Below are positions 48,389 to 58,061 of a stretch of 64,000 nucleotides of DNA, one piece after another (the first letter of the stretch is position 1; each line of letters opens with the position of its first letter). The DNA is from an uncultured Gammaproteobacteria bacterium (lineage in GTDB: Bacteria; Patescibacteriota; Patescibacteriia; UBA2591; UBA6264): the NCBI GenBank assembly GCA_964596735.1, contig CAZQVF010000001.1, positions 9,924 through 73,923 on the forward strand. The letters are read 5' to 3'. The translations under genes and the position numbers were made by a program. The notes under the pieces are model-generated. The model ran no database searches and had not been told where the DNA came from. It saw only the letters and a list, made by a program, of their open reading frames with translations.

Positions 48389-49291
48389 TTATTTTCCACT
48401 AAAAATTTCTTCTGATACTTGATATTCCTTTCCTCTGTAGCTAAACGTAACCCTATTTCCTTTTACTACGACTTTGCCGGATTCTGGTTGCTGTATTGGT
48501 TCAGATCCAAATAGCCTTTCAAATGCTTTCGCATTCACTTTTCCATTGTTGGCAAGATATACAGCCAAGGCATCAAGTTGCCATCCGTGCCCTACAAATC
48601 CTATACTAACAGACCTTTGACTTATCATGCTTTGAGCAAACTCTTTTAGTCTTTGAATGCCTAATAGGTGTTTTTCGGCTGTTTGTTGTGGGCTCGGTAC
48701 TTGGAATATTTTATCCCCGCTTACCAGTTTGCCTTCATTTCGGAACCATTCTAAAACGGCTTTATTCTCATTATTACCAACTTGTTTTAACAACCTTTTC
48801 ATGTAAGGGGTATGTTCGCCCGTATCTTTGTCGCGATGATGAGGCCTTAAGCTGAATTCTTTTAGAAATAATGGGTATGTAAAAACTAATTTTTGATCGG
48901 GATTGCCTTCTATGGCTTGCCTTATTTTATCCAAAACTTTGCCGCCTTTTTCTTTCACCTCGTTTCGCCAATTATCTATATCTTTTTTAGTAAAAATATT
49001 AATACTTCCATCCTCTTGATATTTATTAGACAGTTCATCGCCTATTACTTCAGTGGTGGCCTTTGTTCTTTTTTCCTCGGATGAACCGCCTACGAAGAGT
49101 ATGCCATCCTTATCCATACTATCAACTATTTCTCCAAATTTATGATCAGCCATTTCTCGTGCTTTTCTTTCTCCCTTTTTGGTTATAGATGGATAACGCT
49201 CCGATATTTTTTCCGCATCTTCAGGCGAATAGCCCATGCTTCTATCGGCACGTTCAGTGTGTCTGGTAAAAATTGTGTTTTCAGATTTCAT
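48389..49291 (-). CDS. Histidine phosphatase superfamily-like protein
   Basis: N-terminal FTRHTE (RHxE), SSEEKRTKAT (SS..R...T) and late VGHGW motif. Confidence 0.6.
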   Translation of the reverse strand: MKSENTIFTRHTERADRSMGYSPEDAEKISERYPSITKKGERKAREMADHKFGEIVDSMDKDGILFVGGSSEEKRTKATTEVIGDELSNKYQEDGSINIFTKKDIDNWRNEVKEKGGKVLDKIRQAIEGNPDQKLVFTYPLFLKEFSLRPHHRDKDTGEHTPYMKRLLKQVGNNENKAVLEWFRNEGKLVSGDKIFQVPSPQQTAEKHLLGIQRLKEFAQSMISQRSVSIGFVGHGWQLDALAVYLANNGKVNAKAFERLFGSEPIQQPESGKVVVKGNRVTFSYRGKEYQVSEEIFSGK

Positions 49292-49309
49292 AATTATAGC
49301 TTATAAATT

Positions 49310-50739
49310 TTAAGTTTTTATTTTTGATATGATTCCATTGTTTGCATTAACTTCTACAAAATCTCCGTCTTTAAAAATACGGGTAGCGTGTTTTGTGCCG
49401 ACTATGCACGGCAAGCCGATCTCCCTGCTAATTATTGCCGCATGCGAAGTTATACCCCCCATATCAGTAACAATTGCCGCAGCTCTATAGGTGGCCGGCA
49501 CAAAATCAGGTGTTGTTTCAGAGGCGATCATGACGTCTCCCTTATTTACTTTATCTGTTTCATGCGGCGATAAAACAATCTTAGCGGTCCCTTTTATCCT
49601 TCCTGGATTAGCAACAGTACCTTTTACTTGCGATTTTTGAGACACGCTTTCCAATGCGGAATTTATACTTTTTATTAATTCTTCACCGGTTAAAATTATA
49701 ATTTTCCCTCTTTTTATTATCAAACCAAAAGCTTTTCTCCGCCTTTTTAAGATCTGTCTGGAAGGGATTATTTTACCTTGCAAACCATTTAAAAACTCTT
49801 GAGGCGAAAGCCATCCTGCCAGGTCGTATTTAAGCCCCATACCCCTAGAACCTTCTTCAAATTTGCTCAAAGCTATATAACTTACTACTCCGCAAATTTC
49901 CGCTATATAGTTACGCCAGTAGGAAAGTTCCTGCGTCTGTTTTTGTAGCCAATCTAGATCTCTTGGTAATTTGATTGTGTTTTTCTTCACTTTATCTCTG
50001 GTAATGGAAATATTCTTTAATTGTTCTAAAAATTTTTTTTCTGAGAACGGCTCTCCCCACATGTGCATCATTCCGAACCATTTATATTTTGAAATATGCT
50101 TATTTATTCTTTTATATATGTTCGGATAACGAAGCCTTAAAAATTCAAAAATTTGTTTAGTGGAAAATTTTTTTATCTTGTCCAGTATTTTATTTTTAAC
50201 TAATTCTTTCTTGATAATAACTATGTCTCTTTTTTGTTGCATCAACAAAGAGGGTTTTTGGGGTGTTAAAAATAACTGTAAATAGTCTTCTGGCAAATTA
50301 CGAGTCGTTAGTTCTTCTTTAATAATTTTTTCCAATTTATCGTTCATCGGCAGGACAAAAAACCAAGGATATTCCATTTGATTCATTGCCTGGAAAAATT
50401 CATTAAAGTCGCCGGCTCTCAAACCTTTGCTTTGCTTCAGCTTTTTAACTACCATAAGCATCTTGCTGATTTTAGCTTCCATTAGTTGAAAAATGGCCTT
50501 AAATGATTTTTCATCTTTTTCTTTGACAATTTTCTGCGTCCACTTTTCTATTGTCTCCCAATCTTTTCTATAAAGAAGAAGGTATCCGTCCAATAACAAA
50601 AGTCTTCCGTCTAATTTAGGCAAGCCATATTTTTCACCAGCTTGATTATCGGCCCACTTCTGCAAAAGCCAATTATATATTAGGGGTGTTTTATACTGAC
50701 CAAGATATGTGTAATTTTTTTATCAAGATTTCTAGACAT
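49310..50739 (-). CDS. PEP-utilising enzyme mobile (phospho-His swivel) domain protein; apparent frameshift near 5' end
   Basis: C-terminal TTPDFVP..AAAIVTDMGGITSHAAIISREIGLPC; long frame open to 50719, ATG at 50739 in an adjacent frame joined across an A7 run. Confidence 0.75.
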
Positions 50740-50888
50740 AGCAATATTTATAATAAGTCGTTTTCGGAGCGATAACGGAGAAAATATCTTGCTTTTCTCT
50801 CTCTAAAAAAACAAAAAATAAATTTCTAATTTTTTACAAAAATGTGATTCGAGCCGATGTTTTTATATATTCTCTGACATTTTCTCGG

Positions 50889-50963
50889 TGGTACCCCCAA
50901 GAGGAGTCGAACCTCTATCTAGAGATTAGAAGTCTCTCGTTCTATCCGTTGAACTATGGGGGC
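50889..50963 (-). tRNA. tRNA-Arg(TCT)
   Basis: GCCCCCA/TGGGGGT acceptor, AGAGA-CTTCTAA-TCTCT anticodon arm, TTCGACT T loop, encoded CCA. Confidence 0.94.
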
Positions 50964-51848
50964 TTACATTTTCCTTAAAGCATTAACCCGTTCTTTAATT
51001 GGTGGATGAGTGGAAAAAAGCTTACTAGTAATATTTTTTTTCGCGCCAAAAGGACTGGCAATATATAAATGGGCTGTCGCACCATTGGCTTTTTTTAATG
51101 GCTGGTTGTTTTGTGATATTTTTTCCAAAGCCTTGGCCAAGCCTTCTGGGTAACGGGTTAAAAGAGAAGCTGAAGCGTCAGCTAAAAATTCTCTTTTACG
51201 GGAAATGGCCAGTTTAATTAGTTGTGCAATTATAGGGGAAAGAATCATCAATACCAAGCCGATAATTAAAAGGATTGTTCCCACTGATCCTTGTTTGTTA
51301 TTTCGGCTGCGTCCACCCATTAAATTAAAACGCAAAAACCAATGAGCTAAAAGACTAACAATGCCGACAAGAACGACAACTAATGTCATTAATCTAATAT
51401 CATAGTTTTTAATATGGGATAATTCATGAGCAATTACGCCTTCTAATTCTTCATTCTCTAATTTATCAATAATGCCAGTGGTTAAGGCAATAGAGGCATG
51501 TTTAGGGTCTCGGCCAGTAGCAAAGGCATTAGGAGAAGAATCATTGATAATATATACTTTGGGGGCGGGGACACCAGCAGTAATGCAGAGATTTTCAACC
51601 ATATTATAGACATAGGGATTATCTGTCTTTTTTATTTCCTTGGCCCCAGCACTCCACAGAGCCATTTTATCGCCAGAATAATAACCACTCAAACTCATAA
51701 ACAAGGCAATAATAGCGGCAATAACAACTCCGGCATAACCAGCATTACTTATTTGACCAATAACCCAGCCCAAGAAAAGAACAAAGATAACAAAAAAAAT
51801 GATGAGGAGGAAAGACTTTCTTTTATTAGTATCAATTTGTGAATACAT
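50964..51848 (-). CDS. htpX: M48 family zinc metalloprotease HtpX
   Basis: PNAFATG, HELSH, SRKREFLADA, STHPP. Confidence 0.95.
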   Translation of the reverse strand: MYSQIDTNKRKSFLLIIFFVIFVLFLGWVIGQISNAGYAGVVIAAIIALFMSLSGYYSGDKMALWSAGAKEIKKTDNPYVYNMVENLCITAGVPAPKVYIINDSSPNAFATGRDPKHASIALTTGIIDKLENEELEGVIAHELSHIKNYDIRLMTLVVVLVGIVSLLAHWFLRFNLMGGRSRNNKQGSVGTILLIIGLVLMILSPIIAQLIKLAISRKREFLADASASLLTRYPEGLAKALEKISQNNQPLKKANGATAHLYIASPFGAKKNITSKLFSTHPPIKERVNALRKM

Positions 51849-51849
51849 A

Positions 51850-52785
51850 TTAATTTTTTCTTTTTTTATCGTGAAAAGACTGATAAATTTCTCTTAAATG
51901 CTGATCAGTGACATGAGTGTAAATTTGAGTCGTAGTAATGTTTTTATGCCCTAACATTTCCTGAACCGCCCTTATATCTGCTCCGCCTGATAATAAGTCA
52001 GTGGCGAAGCTATGACGGATGCTGTGGACAGTGATTTTTTTAGTTATCCCAGCAACCTTGGCATATTTCTTAACTAATCTTTGAATAGAGCGGGGAGTTA
52101 AGCCTGGATTTGCCTTTTTAGAGTCTTTTTTAGCGGCCCGGTCATAACGGAGAAACAAACAAGATTCCATATCTTTTCTTGCTTCTAAGTATTTTTTTAA
52201 TCGATACTGAGCTTGATTAGAAAGAAAAACGACTCGCCAACGACCGCCTTTTCCCTTTACACTAAATTCATTTTTCTTAAGATTAATATCTCCTTTTTTT
52301 AATCTGGATAATTCAGAAACCCTTAGACCAGTAGAGAATAATAGTTCTAAGATGGCCTTATCTCTTAATTTAATAATATCTTGTTGTTTTATGGTTAGGG
52401 GTGCGTCTAAGAATTTTTCCAAATCACTACCCTCTAAAAATGAGATTTGTCTTTCACTGGTTTTGGCCAGGTCAATTTTTTCCCCAGCCAATGCTTTAAT
52501 ATCTCTTTTAGCTAAATATTTTAAAAGCACTCTTAAGGCAATTAAATGATAATTCTGAGTAGCCGGAGAAAGATTTCCCCCTCTGGGATTTTTTAATCGA
52601 GAGAGCCAGAGACGATATTTTCTTACTATTTCAAGGCTAATCTGAGCAGGGGAGTTAATCTTGGTTTGTTTTAAAAATCGGTTTAAATAAAAATGGTAGT
52701 TACGGACAGTTAATTTACTAGAGCCCTTTTCAATTTCCAAGTATTCTAAAAATTCAATAATTAAATTTTTGAGATCTTGTGGCAT
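51850..52785 (-). CDS. Xer-type tyrosine recombinase
   Basis: RD.AILELLFSTGLRVSEL, KGKGG, HSIRHSFAT, LGH..ITTTQIYTHV; N-terminal SAM-like domain. Confidence 0.93.
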   Translation of the reverse strand: MPQDLKNLIIEFLEYLEIEKGSSKLTVRNYHFYLNRFLKQTKINSPAQISLEIVRKYRLWLSRLKNPRGGNLSPATQNYHLIALRVLLKYLAKRDIKALAGEKIDLAKTSERQISFLEGSDLEKFLDAPLTIKQQDIIKLRDKAILELLFSTGLRVSELSRLKKGDINLKKNEFSVKGKGGRWRVVFLSNQAQYRLKKYLEARKDMESCLFLRYDRAAKKDSKKANPGLTPRSIQRLVKKYAKVAGITKKITVHSIRHSFATDLLSGGADIRAVQEMLGHKNITTTQIYTHVTDQHLREIYQSFHDKKRKN

Positions 52786-52811
52786 AATAGGAATATCTTA
52801 ACAAAATTATT

Positions 52812-53177
52812 TTAACGCGTCAAGATTTTGCGACACCTATTAATTCTCAACTGAACCAAATATCCAAGCAAAACTCCAACTGAATCAAAACAAATATCTA
52901 ATAAAGCCATATTTCTCCCAGGAACAAAACTTTGGTGAAATTCATCTGAAATAGCGTATAAAACAGAAAGAATAACAGGCCAAATTAATGGTTTTTTCAT
53001 GGCTCTGGCTAAAAGCAGGAAAAAAATACCATATTCTACCATATGAGCAATTTTCCTTAAAATAGTGTCCCAAAACGTTTCCAAACTGGTTTTTAAATCA
53101 GGAACAGAGGATAAATAAAAGATTAATCCAGCCCAGATAATAACAGGCAGCCATAAAATAATGAATTTTTTAAGCAT
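52812..53177 (-). CDS. VanZ family protein
   Basis: RKIAHMVEYG, YAISDEFHQSFVPGR, D...D..G. Confidence 0.9.
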   Translation of the reverse strand: MLKKFIILWLPVIIWAGLIFYLSSVPDLKTSLETFWDTILRKIAHMVEYGIFFLLLARAMKKPLIWPVILSVLYAISDEFHQSFVPGRNMALLDICFDSVGVLLGYLVQLRINRCRKILTR

Positions 53178-53183
53178 ATTCTT

Positions 53184-53212
53184 ATCTTATTCAACAGGCC
53201 TAAATTAGTCAA
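53184..53212 (-). promoter_or_regulatory. sigma70 promoter, leaderless configuration (VanZ gene)
   Basis: TTGACT-17-TAAGAT, ATG 6 nt after the -10. Confidence 0.6.
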
Positions 53213-53297
53213 TAATCTATTAAGAAATAAGTTGCTTTTTATTTGGTTTTATGTTAAAATATGACCTACTTAATATTGATGTATAAACTTTTAATTT

Positions 53298-53576
53298 ATG
53301 GCAAAAACAAAAAAATCCAAAAAACCAGTAAAGAAAAAGATAATAGAAGAGAATAAAAAGAGCGACCAAGATACTGGTTCAGCTCAAGTTCAAATCAGCT
53401 TATTAACCAAAGAAATCAATGATCTAAATGAACATTTAAAAACTCATATTCATGACTATTCTTCTCGTCGAGGCTTATTAAAAAAGGTTAGTCAGCGAAG
53501 AAAAAATTTAAAATATCTACAGGTTCATGACAGCAGGGCTTATGAAAGAATAATTAAAAAACTTAAAAAGAAATAA
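53298..53576 (+). CDS. rpsO: 30S ribosomal protein S15
   Basis: DTGSAQVQISLLT..I..L..HL..H.HD..SRRGLLK.V.QRR. Confidence 0.97.
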   Translation: MAKTKKSKKPVKKKIIEENKKSDQDTGSAQVQISLLTKEINDLNEHLKTHIHDYSSRRGLLKKVSQRRKNLKYLQVHDSRAYERIIKKLKKK

Positions 53577-53588
53577 AAATTCAATTAT

Positions 53589-54092
53589 ATGACTAAATAT
53601 AAAGATCAACGGGCCGGCATTTTTGTCGACGTCGCCAATATGTATCATTCAGCTAAGAATTTATACAAAGCAAATGTTAATTTTGCCAAAATCTTAGAAA
53701 CAGCAATTGGCAATCGTCAACTCATCCGAGCTATTGCTTATGTGGTTCGTTCAAAATCAAAAGAAGAACAAAGCTTTTTTGACGCTATTTCCAAGCAGGG
53801 ATTTGAATTAAAAGTAAAGGATTTGCAAATTTTTCCAGGGGGAATGAAAAAAGCTGATTGGGATGTTGGCTTAACAGTTGATGCCATTAAAATGGCAAAC
53901 AGATTAGATGTCGTTACCCTGGTTACAGGTGATGGCGATTATATACCCTTGGTTAATTATTTAAGAGAAAACAAGGGATGTTTGGTCGAACTTTTAGGTT
54001 TTAAGGAGACAACCTCAGCTAAATTAATTGAAACAGTTGATGTGTTTACTGACCTAAGTAGATATAAGAAAAGATTTTTAATTAAAAAATAA
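53589..54092 (+). CDS. NYN (LabA/DUF88) domain ribonuclease-like protein
   Basis: IFVDVANM, KKADWDVGLTVD, VTGDGDYIPLV. Confidence 0.9.
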   Translation: MTKYKDQRAGIFVDVANMYHSAKNLYKANVNFAKILETAIGNRQLIRAIAYVVRSKSKEEQSFFDAISKQGFELKVKDLQIFPGGMKKADWDVGLTVDAIKMANRLDVVTLVTGDGDYIPLVNYLRENKGCLVELLGFKETTSAKLIETVDVFTDLSRYKKRFLIKK

Positions 54093-56318
54093 ATGAAATT
54101 TACTACAGAAATAGGAGAAAGAGAATTAATTGTTAAAACTGGTGAAGTAGCTGGACAGGCAAACGGAAGTTGTGTTGTTCAATATGGCGAAACAACTGTT
54201 TTAGCCACAGCAGTTTTAGGAGAAGAGGAAAAAGAATTAGACTATTTTCCTCTTTCAGTAGACTATGAAGAGAAGTTTTATGCCGCCGGACGGATTAAAG
54301 GTTCTCGTTTTATTAAAAGAGAAACTCGCCCGCCAGATGAGGCGATTTTAACAGGTCGATTAATTGATCGTTCAATTCGACCTTTTTTTAATGAAGAAAG
54401 TCGGCGAGCGGTTCAAGTTATTTTAACCGTACTCTCAGTTGATCAAGAAAACGACCCGGATATTGTTGCCCTTTGGGGAGCGGCAATTGCCTTAAGTATT
54501 TCTGACATTGCCTGGGATGGGCCGATTTCAGGGGTTAGAGTTAGTCGAACTCCTGTTGAATCAGGAAAAGAAGGTAAATGGATTTTAAATCCATCTTATG
54601 AAGACAGAGAAAAAAGTGATTTAGAAGTAATAGTTTGTGGCACCAAGGATAGAATAATTATGCTAGAAGCAGAAGCCAAAGAAATAGATAACATGGTTAC
54701 AAATGAAGCAGTTAAATATGGTTTAAGCCGCTTGGAAAAAATTAATAAATTTATTAAAAGTATTCAGAAGAAAGTTGGCAAAGAGAAAACTCCCCTAGTG
54801 GCTGATTTGACAGATGAAGAGTCTTCAGCTAAACAAGAGTTAAAAAGAATTACTAAAGACATAATTGAAAAAGAAGCACCCAAGTATTTATTTGAACATG
54901 TTTTAAAAACAAAAAAAGATAGAATAGGTGCGGCGGAAAAAATTAGAGCCCGCTTAGATGAACTTTTAATCGAGAAACAAATTGGCAAGGAAAAAAGACA
55001 AAAAATGATTGATTTTGCTAATAAATTGATTTATCGTCAGGTTAGTCAGAGAATTTTAGACAAAGACCAACGGATTGATGGACGCCAACTTGATGAAATT
55101 AGAGAGCTTGATTGTCAGGTGGGAATTTTACCAAGAGTTCATGGTTCAGCTCTTTTTTCTCGAGGAGAAACCCAAACTCTTTCCATTGTCACCTTGGCCG
55201 CTCCTGGTTCAGAACAATATCTAGACACCATGGAAGGAGAGGGGCGTAAGCGCTTTATGCACCATTACAATTTTCCACCTTATTGTTCAGGTGAGGTAAG
55301 ATATATGAGATCAACTAACCGAAGAGAAGTTGGTCACGGAGCTTTAGCTGAAAAAGGAATTTTACCAATCTTGCCAGAGAAGGAAGAGTTTCCTCATACG
55401 ATTCGTATTGTCTCTGAATCGCTTTCTTCTAATGGTTCAACTTCAATGGGAGCCGTTTGTGCTTCTGTTTTGGCCGCTATGGACGCTGGTATTCCTATTA
55501 AAAAGCCAGTAGCTGGAATCGCTATTGGTTTGGCCTCAGAAGAGGATGAAAAGGGATTTAAAAGATACAAGCTTTTGACCGACATCCAGGATTTAGAAGA
55601 CGGCCCTGGGGGCATGGATTTTAAGGTAATTGGAACAGCAGATAAAATTACCGCTATTCAGATGGACACTAAAACCAGGGGTCTTAATCTTGATATAGTA
55701 GAAAAAACCTTAGCTACTTCTTCAAAAGCGCGTCAACAGGTTTTAGAAAAAATGACCCGGGTTTTATCTCAAGCAAGAGAAGAATTGTCTCCTTATGCAC
55801 CAAAGATAACGGTGGTGACAATTAATCCAGACAAAATTAGAGATGTTGTTGGCCCAGGCGGTAGGGTCATCAATGAGATTATTGACAAAACAGGGGCGAT
55901 GATTGACATTGAACAAGACGGGACAGTTTCTATTACCTCTGAAGACGATGAATCATTAAAGAGAGCCGTTCAATGGGTTAAAGACATTACTCGAGAATTT
56001 AAAGTTGGGGAAACATTTCAGGGCAAGGTAGTAAGAATTATGGATTTTGGCGCTTTTGTGGAACTTGTCCCTGGTCAAGACGGCATGGTTCATGTTTCAG
56101 AAATGGAATACCATCATGTAAAACATCCAGATGATGTGGTAAAAATTGGAGACATTGTTCCGGTAAAGATAATAGAAATTGACAAACAAGGGAGAATCAA
56201 CCTTTCAATGAAGGCATTAAAAGAGAGACCAGCATATTCGTCAAATAATAATAAGTCTTTTCAAGAGAAGCGTTCAGATAAACGTCCGTTTCACCGCCCC
56301 TTCAGACCTAAAAAATAA
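54093..56318 (+). CDS. pnp: Polyribonucleotide nucleotidyltransferase
   Basis: FPLSVDYEE, RLIDRSIRP, HGSALFSRGETQ, RREVGHG, SNGSTSMG, KH and S1 domains. Confidence 0.98.
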   Translation: MKFTTEIGERELIVKTGEVAGQANGSCVVQYGETTVLATAVLGEEEKELDYFPLSVDYEEKFYAAGRIKGSRFIKRETRPPDEAILTGRLIDRSIRPFFNEESRRAVQVILTVLSVDQENDPDIVALWGAAIALSISDIAWDGPISGVRVSRTPVESGKEGKWILNPSYEDREKSDLEVIVCGTKDRIIMLEAEAKEIDNMVTNEAVKYGLSRLEKINKFIKSIQKKVGKEKTPLVADLTDEESSAKQELKRITKDIIEKEAPKYLFEHVLKTKKDRIGAAEKIRARLDELLIEKQIGKEKRQKMIDFANKLIYRQVSQRILDKDQRIDGRQLDEIRELDCQVGILPRVHGSALFSRGETQTLSIVTLAAPGSEQYLDTMEGEGRKRFMHHYNFPPYCSGEVRYMRSTNRREVGHGALAEKGILPILPEKEEFPHTIRIVSESLSSNGSTSMGAVCASVLAAMDAGIPIKKPVAGIAIGLASEEDEKGFKRYKLLTDIQDLEDGPGGMDFKVIGTADKITAIQMDTKTRGLNLDIVEKTLATSSKARQQVLEKMTRVLSQAREELSPYAPKITVVTINPDKIRDVVGPGGRVINEIIDKTGAMIDIEQDGTVSITSEDDESLKRAVQWVKDITREFKVGETFQGKVVRIMDFGAFVELVPGQDGMVHVSEMEYHHVKHPDDVVKIGDIVPVKIIEIDKQGRINLSMKALKERPAYSSNNNKSFQEKRSDKRPFHRPFRPKK

Positions 56319-56346
56319 TTATTTTAAAAATTTTTAAAATAAATTT

Positions 56347-57399
56347 ATGAAAATAGGGAGAAAACAAAAGTTTTATCCCGGTAAAACAAAAAATATTTTA
56401 ATTACCGGGGGAGCAGGATTTATTGGTTCACATTTATGTGACCGATTAATCAAAGACAACAATGTTATTTGTTTAGATAACTTTGTGGGAGGGGGACACG
56501 TTAATAAAATCAAGCATTTATTGCAAAATCCAAACTTCCGTTTTATCAAACACGACATTAACGAGCCGATTGATTTTAAGAGCTTCCCAGAGCTGAAGGA
56601 TTTTAAAATAAAGATTCGCGGTATACAAGAAATTTATCATTTAGCCTGCCCGACTTCGGCTAAAAATTTTAATGAACTGCGCATTCAAACACTACAGACT
56701 AATTCAACGGGCGTTCTTAATGTTTTAGAAATGGCCTGTTCTTATAACGCGAAAATGCTTTTTACTTCTTCGGCAGTAGTCTATGGTCCACGAAGTAAAG
56801 AAAAACAAGTTTTTAAAGAAGATGATGTTGGAGCCGTGAATTTTACTAGCCCAAGAGCTTGTTATGACGAGGGGAAGAGATTTGCTGAGTCAGCCATTGT
56901 CACTTATAGAGATGTTTATCGAGTTGATGTCAAAATTGCTCGTGTTTTCAGAACTTATGGACCAAGAGAAGCTCTTTTTGACGGACAAATGGTGCCTGAT
57001 TTTGTTCTTCAGGCAATTAATAACAAACCTCTAGTTATTTATGGTAATGACCAATTTGCCACTTCTCTTTGTGAGGTTGGTGATATGGTTGGTGGGCTAG
57101 TGGCGTTAATGAATTCAGAAGAGCCAGGGCCAATGAATTTAGGCCATCCTCAAAAGTATAAATTAGTTGATTTAGCTCAGAAAATCATTCAATTAACTGG
57201 CTCTCAATCAAAGGTTGAGTATAGGCCGGCTTTACTTTTTATGACGGCGTTGGGTTTGCCAGACATTTCTTTAGCTAGACGAAAATTAAATTGGTTCCCT
57301 GTTATTCAAGTGGATGATGGCCTTAGAAAATTAATTGATTATGTTAGAGCTAATCGCATCCTTCTTCAACCTTTAGTCAATAAATATGATCAAGAATAA
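56347..57399 (+). CDS. NAD-dependent epimerase/dehydratase, UDP-glucuronate decarboxylase-like
   Basis: ITGGAGFIGSHL, IYHLACP, RACYDEGKR, ARVFRTYGP. Confidence 0.88.
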   Translation: MKIGRKQKFYPGKTKNILITGGAGFIGSHLCDRLIKDNNVICLDNFVGGGHVNKIKHLLQNPNFRFIKHDINEPIDFKSFPELKDFKIKIRGIQEIYHLACPTSAKNFNELRIQTLQTNSTGVLNVLEMACSYNAKMLFTSSAVVYGPRSKEKQVFKEDDVGAVNFTSPRACYDEGKRFAESAIVTYRDVYRVDVKIARVFRTYGPREALFDGQMVPDFVLQAINNKPLVIYGNDQFATSLCEVGDMVGGLVALMNSEEPGPMNLGHPQKYKLVDLAQKIIQLTGSQSKVEYRPALLFMTALGLPDISLARRKLNWFPVIQVDDGLRKLIDYVRANRILLQPLVNKYDQE

Positions 57400-58057
57400 A
57401 ATTATTGTTGTCACCCCTGCATATAATGAAGAAAAAACAATTGTTGAAGTAATTAATAAGGTTAAACCACTGGTTGATGAAATAGTTATTGTTGATGATG
57501 GCTCAAGTGATCAAACAGTCCAATTAGCCGAACAACAAGGAGTAACTGTTTTGCGACATTTAATAAACCGCGGGCAAGGAGCGGCATTACAAACAGGCAA
57601 TCAATATGCTTTAAAGAATAATGCTGATATTATTGTTCATTTTGACGCTGATGGACAATTTTTAGCTGAAGAAATTAAAGATATTGTTCAACCCTTAGAA
57701 CAAGGTGAGGCAGAAGTGGTTTTTGGCTCTCGTTTTTTAGAAAAGAAATCAGAAATTCCTTGGTTTAAGGAAAAAATAATTCTGCCAATCGGGAGAATAG
57801 TTAATAAATTTTTTGTTGGAAAAAGTTTAACTGATTCGCAGAATGGATTTCGGGCTTTATCAAGAAAAGCAGCAGAAAAAATTAAAATTGAAAATAATGA
57901 AATGGCTCATAACACAGAGATTCAGGCAAAGGTTTTTAAAAATAAATTAAAAGTAAAAGAGGTGCCGGTTACGATCATCTTTAATGATTTTGGTCAACGT
58001 TTTGGCGGGGGAATTAAAATAATTAAAGACCTATTTTTGGCAAAATTAATGGACTAA
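57386..58057 (+). CDS. GT2 family glycosyltransferase (DPM1-like)
   Basis: PAYNEE, VDDGSSD, NRGQGAA, FDADGQ, DSQNGFR. Confidence 0.92.
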   Translation: MIKNKIIVVTPAYNEEKTIVEVINKVKPLVDEIVIVDDGSSDQTVQLAEQQGVTVLRHLINRGQGAALQTGNQYALKNNADIIVHFDADGQFLAEEIKDIVQPLEQGEAEVVFGSRFLEKKSEIPWFKEKIILPIGRIVNKFFVGKSLTDSQNGFRALSRKAAEKIKIENNEMAHNTEIQAKVFKNKLKVKEVPVTIIFNDFGQRFGGGIKIIKDLFLAKLMD

Positions 58058-58061
58058 ATTT

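Noticed and set aside
50740-50888. Remnant of a recombinase gene or att site next to tRNA-Arg
   Set aside because: No open frame or duplicated tRNA 3' end could be identified by eye.
51850-52785. Prophage or integron integrase
   Set aside because: Looks like a chromosomal Xer recombinase among housekeeping genes; no IntI-specific insertion, attC array or phage genes are evident.
53255-53297. S15 autoregulatory leader RNA
   Set aside because: The leader is short, AT-rich and shows no convincing pairing.
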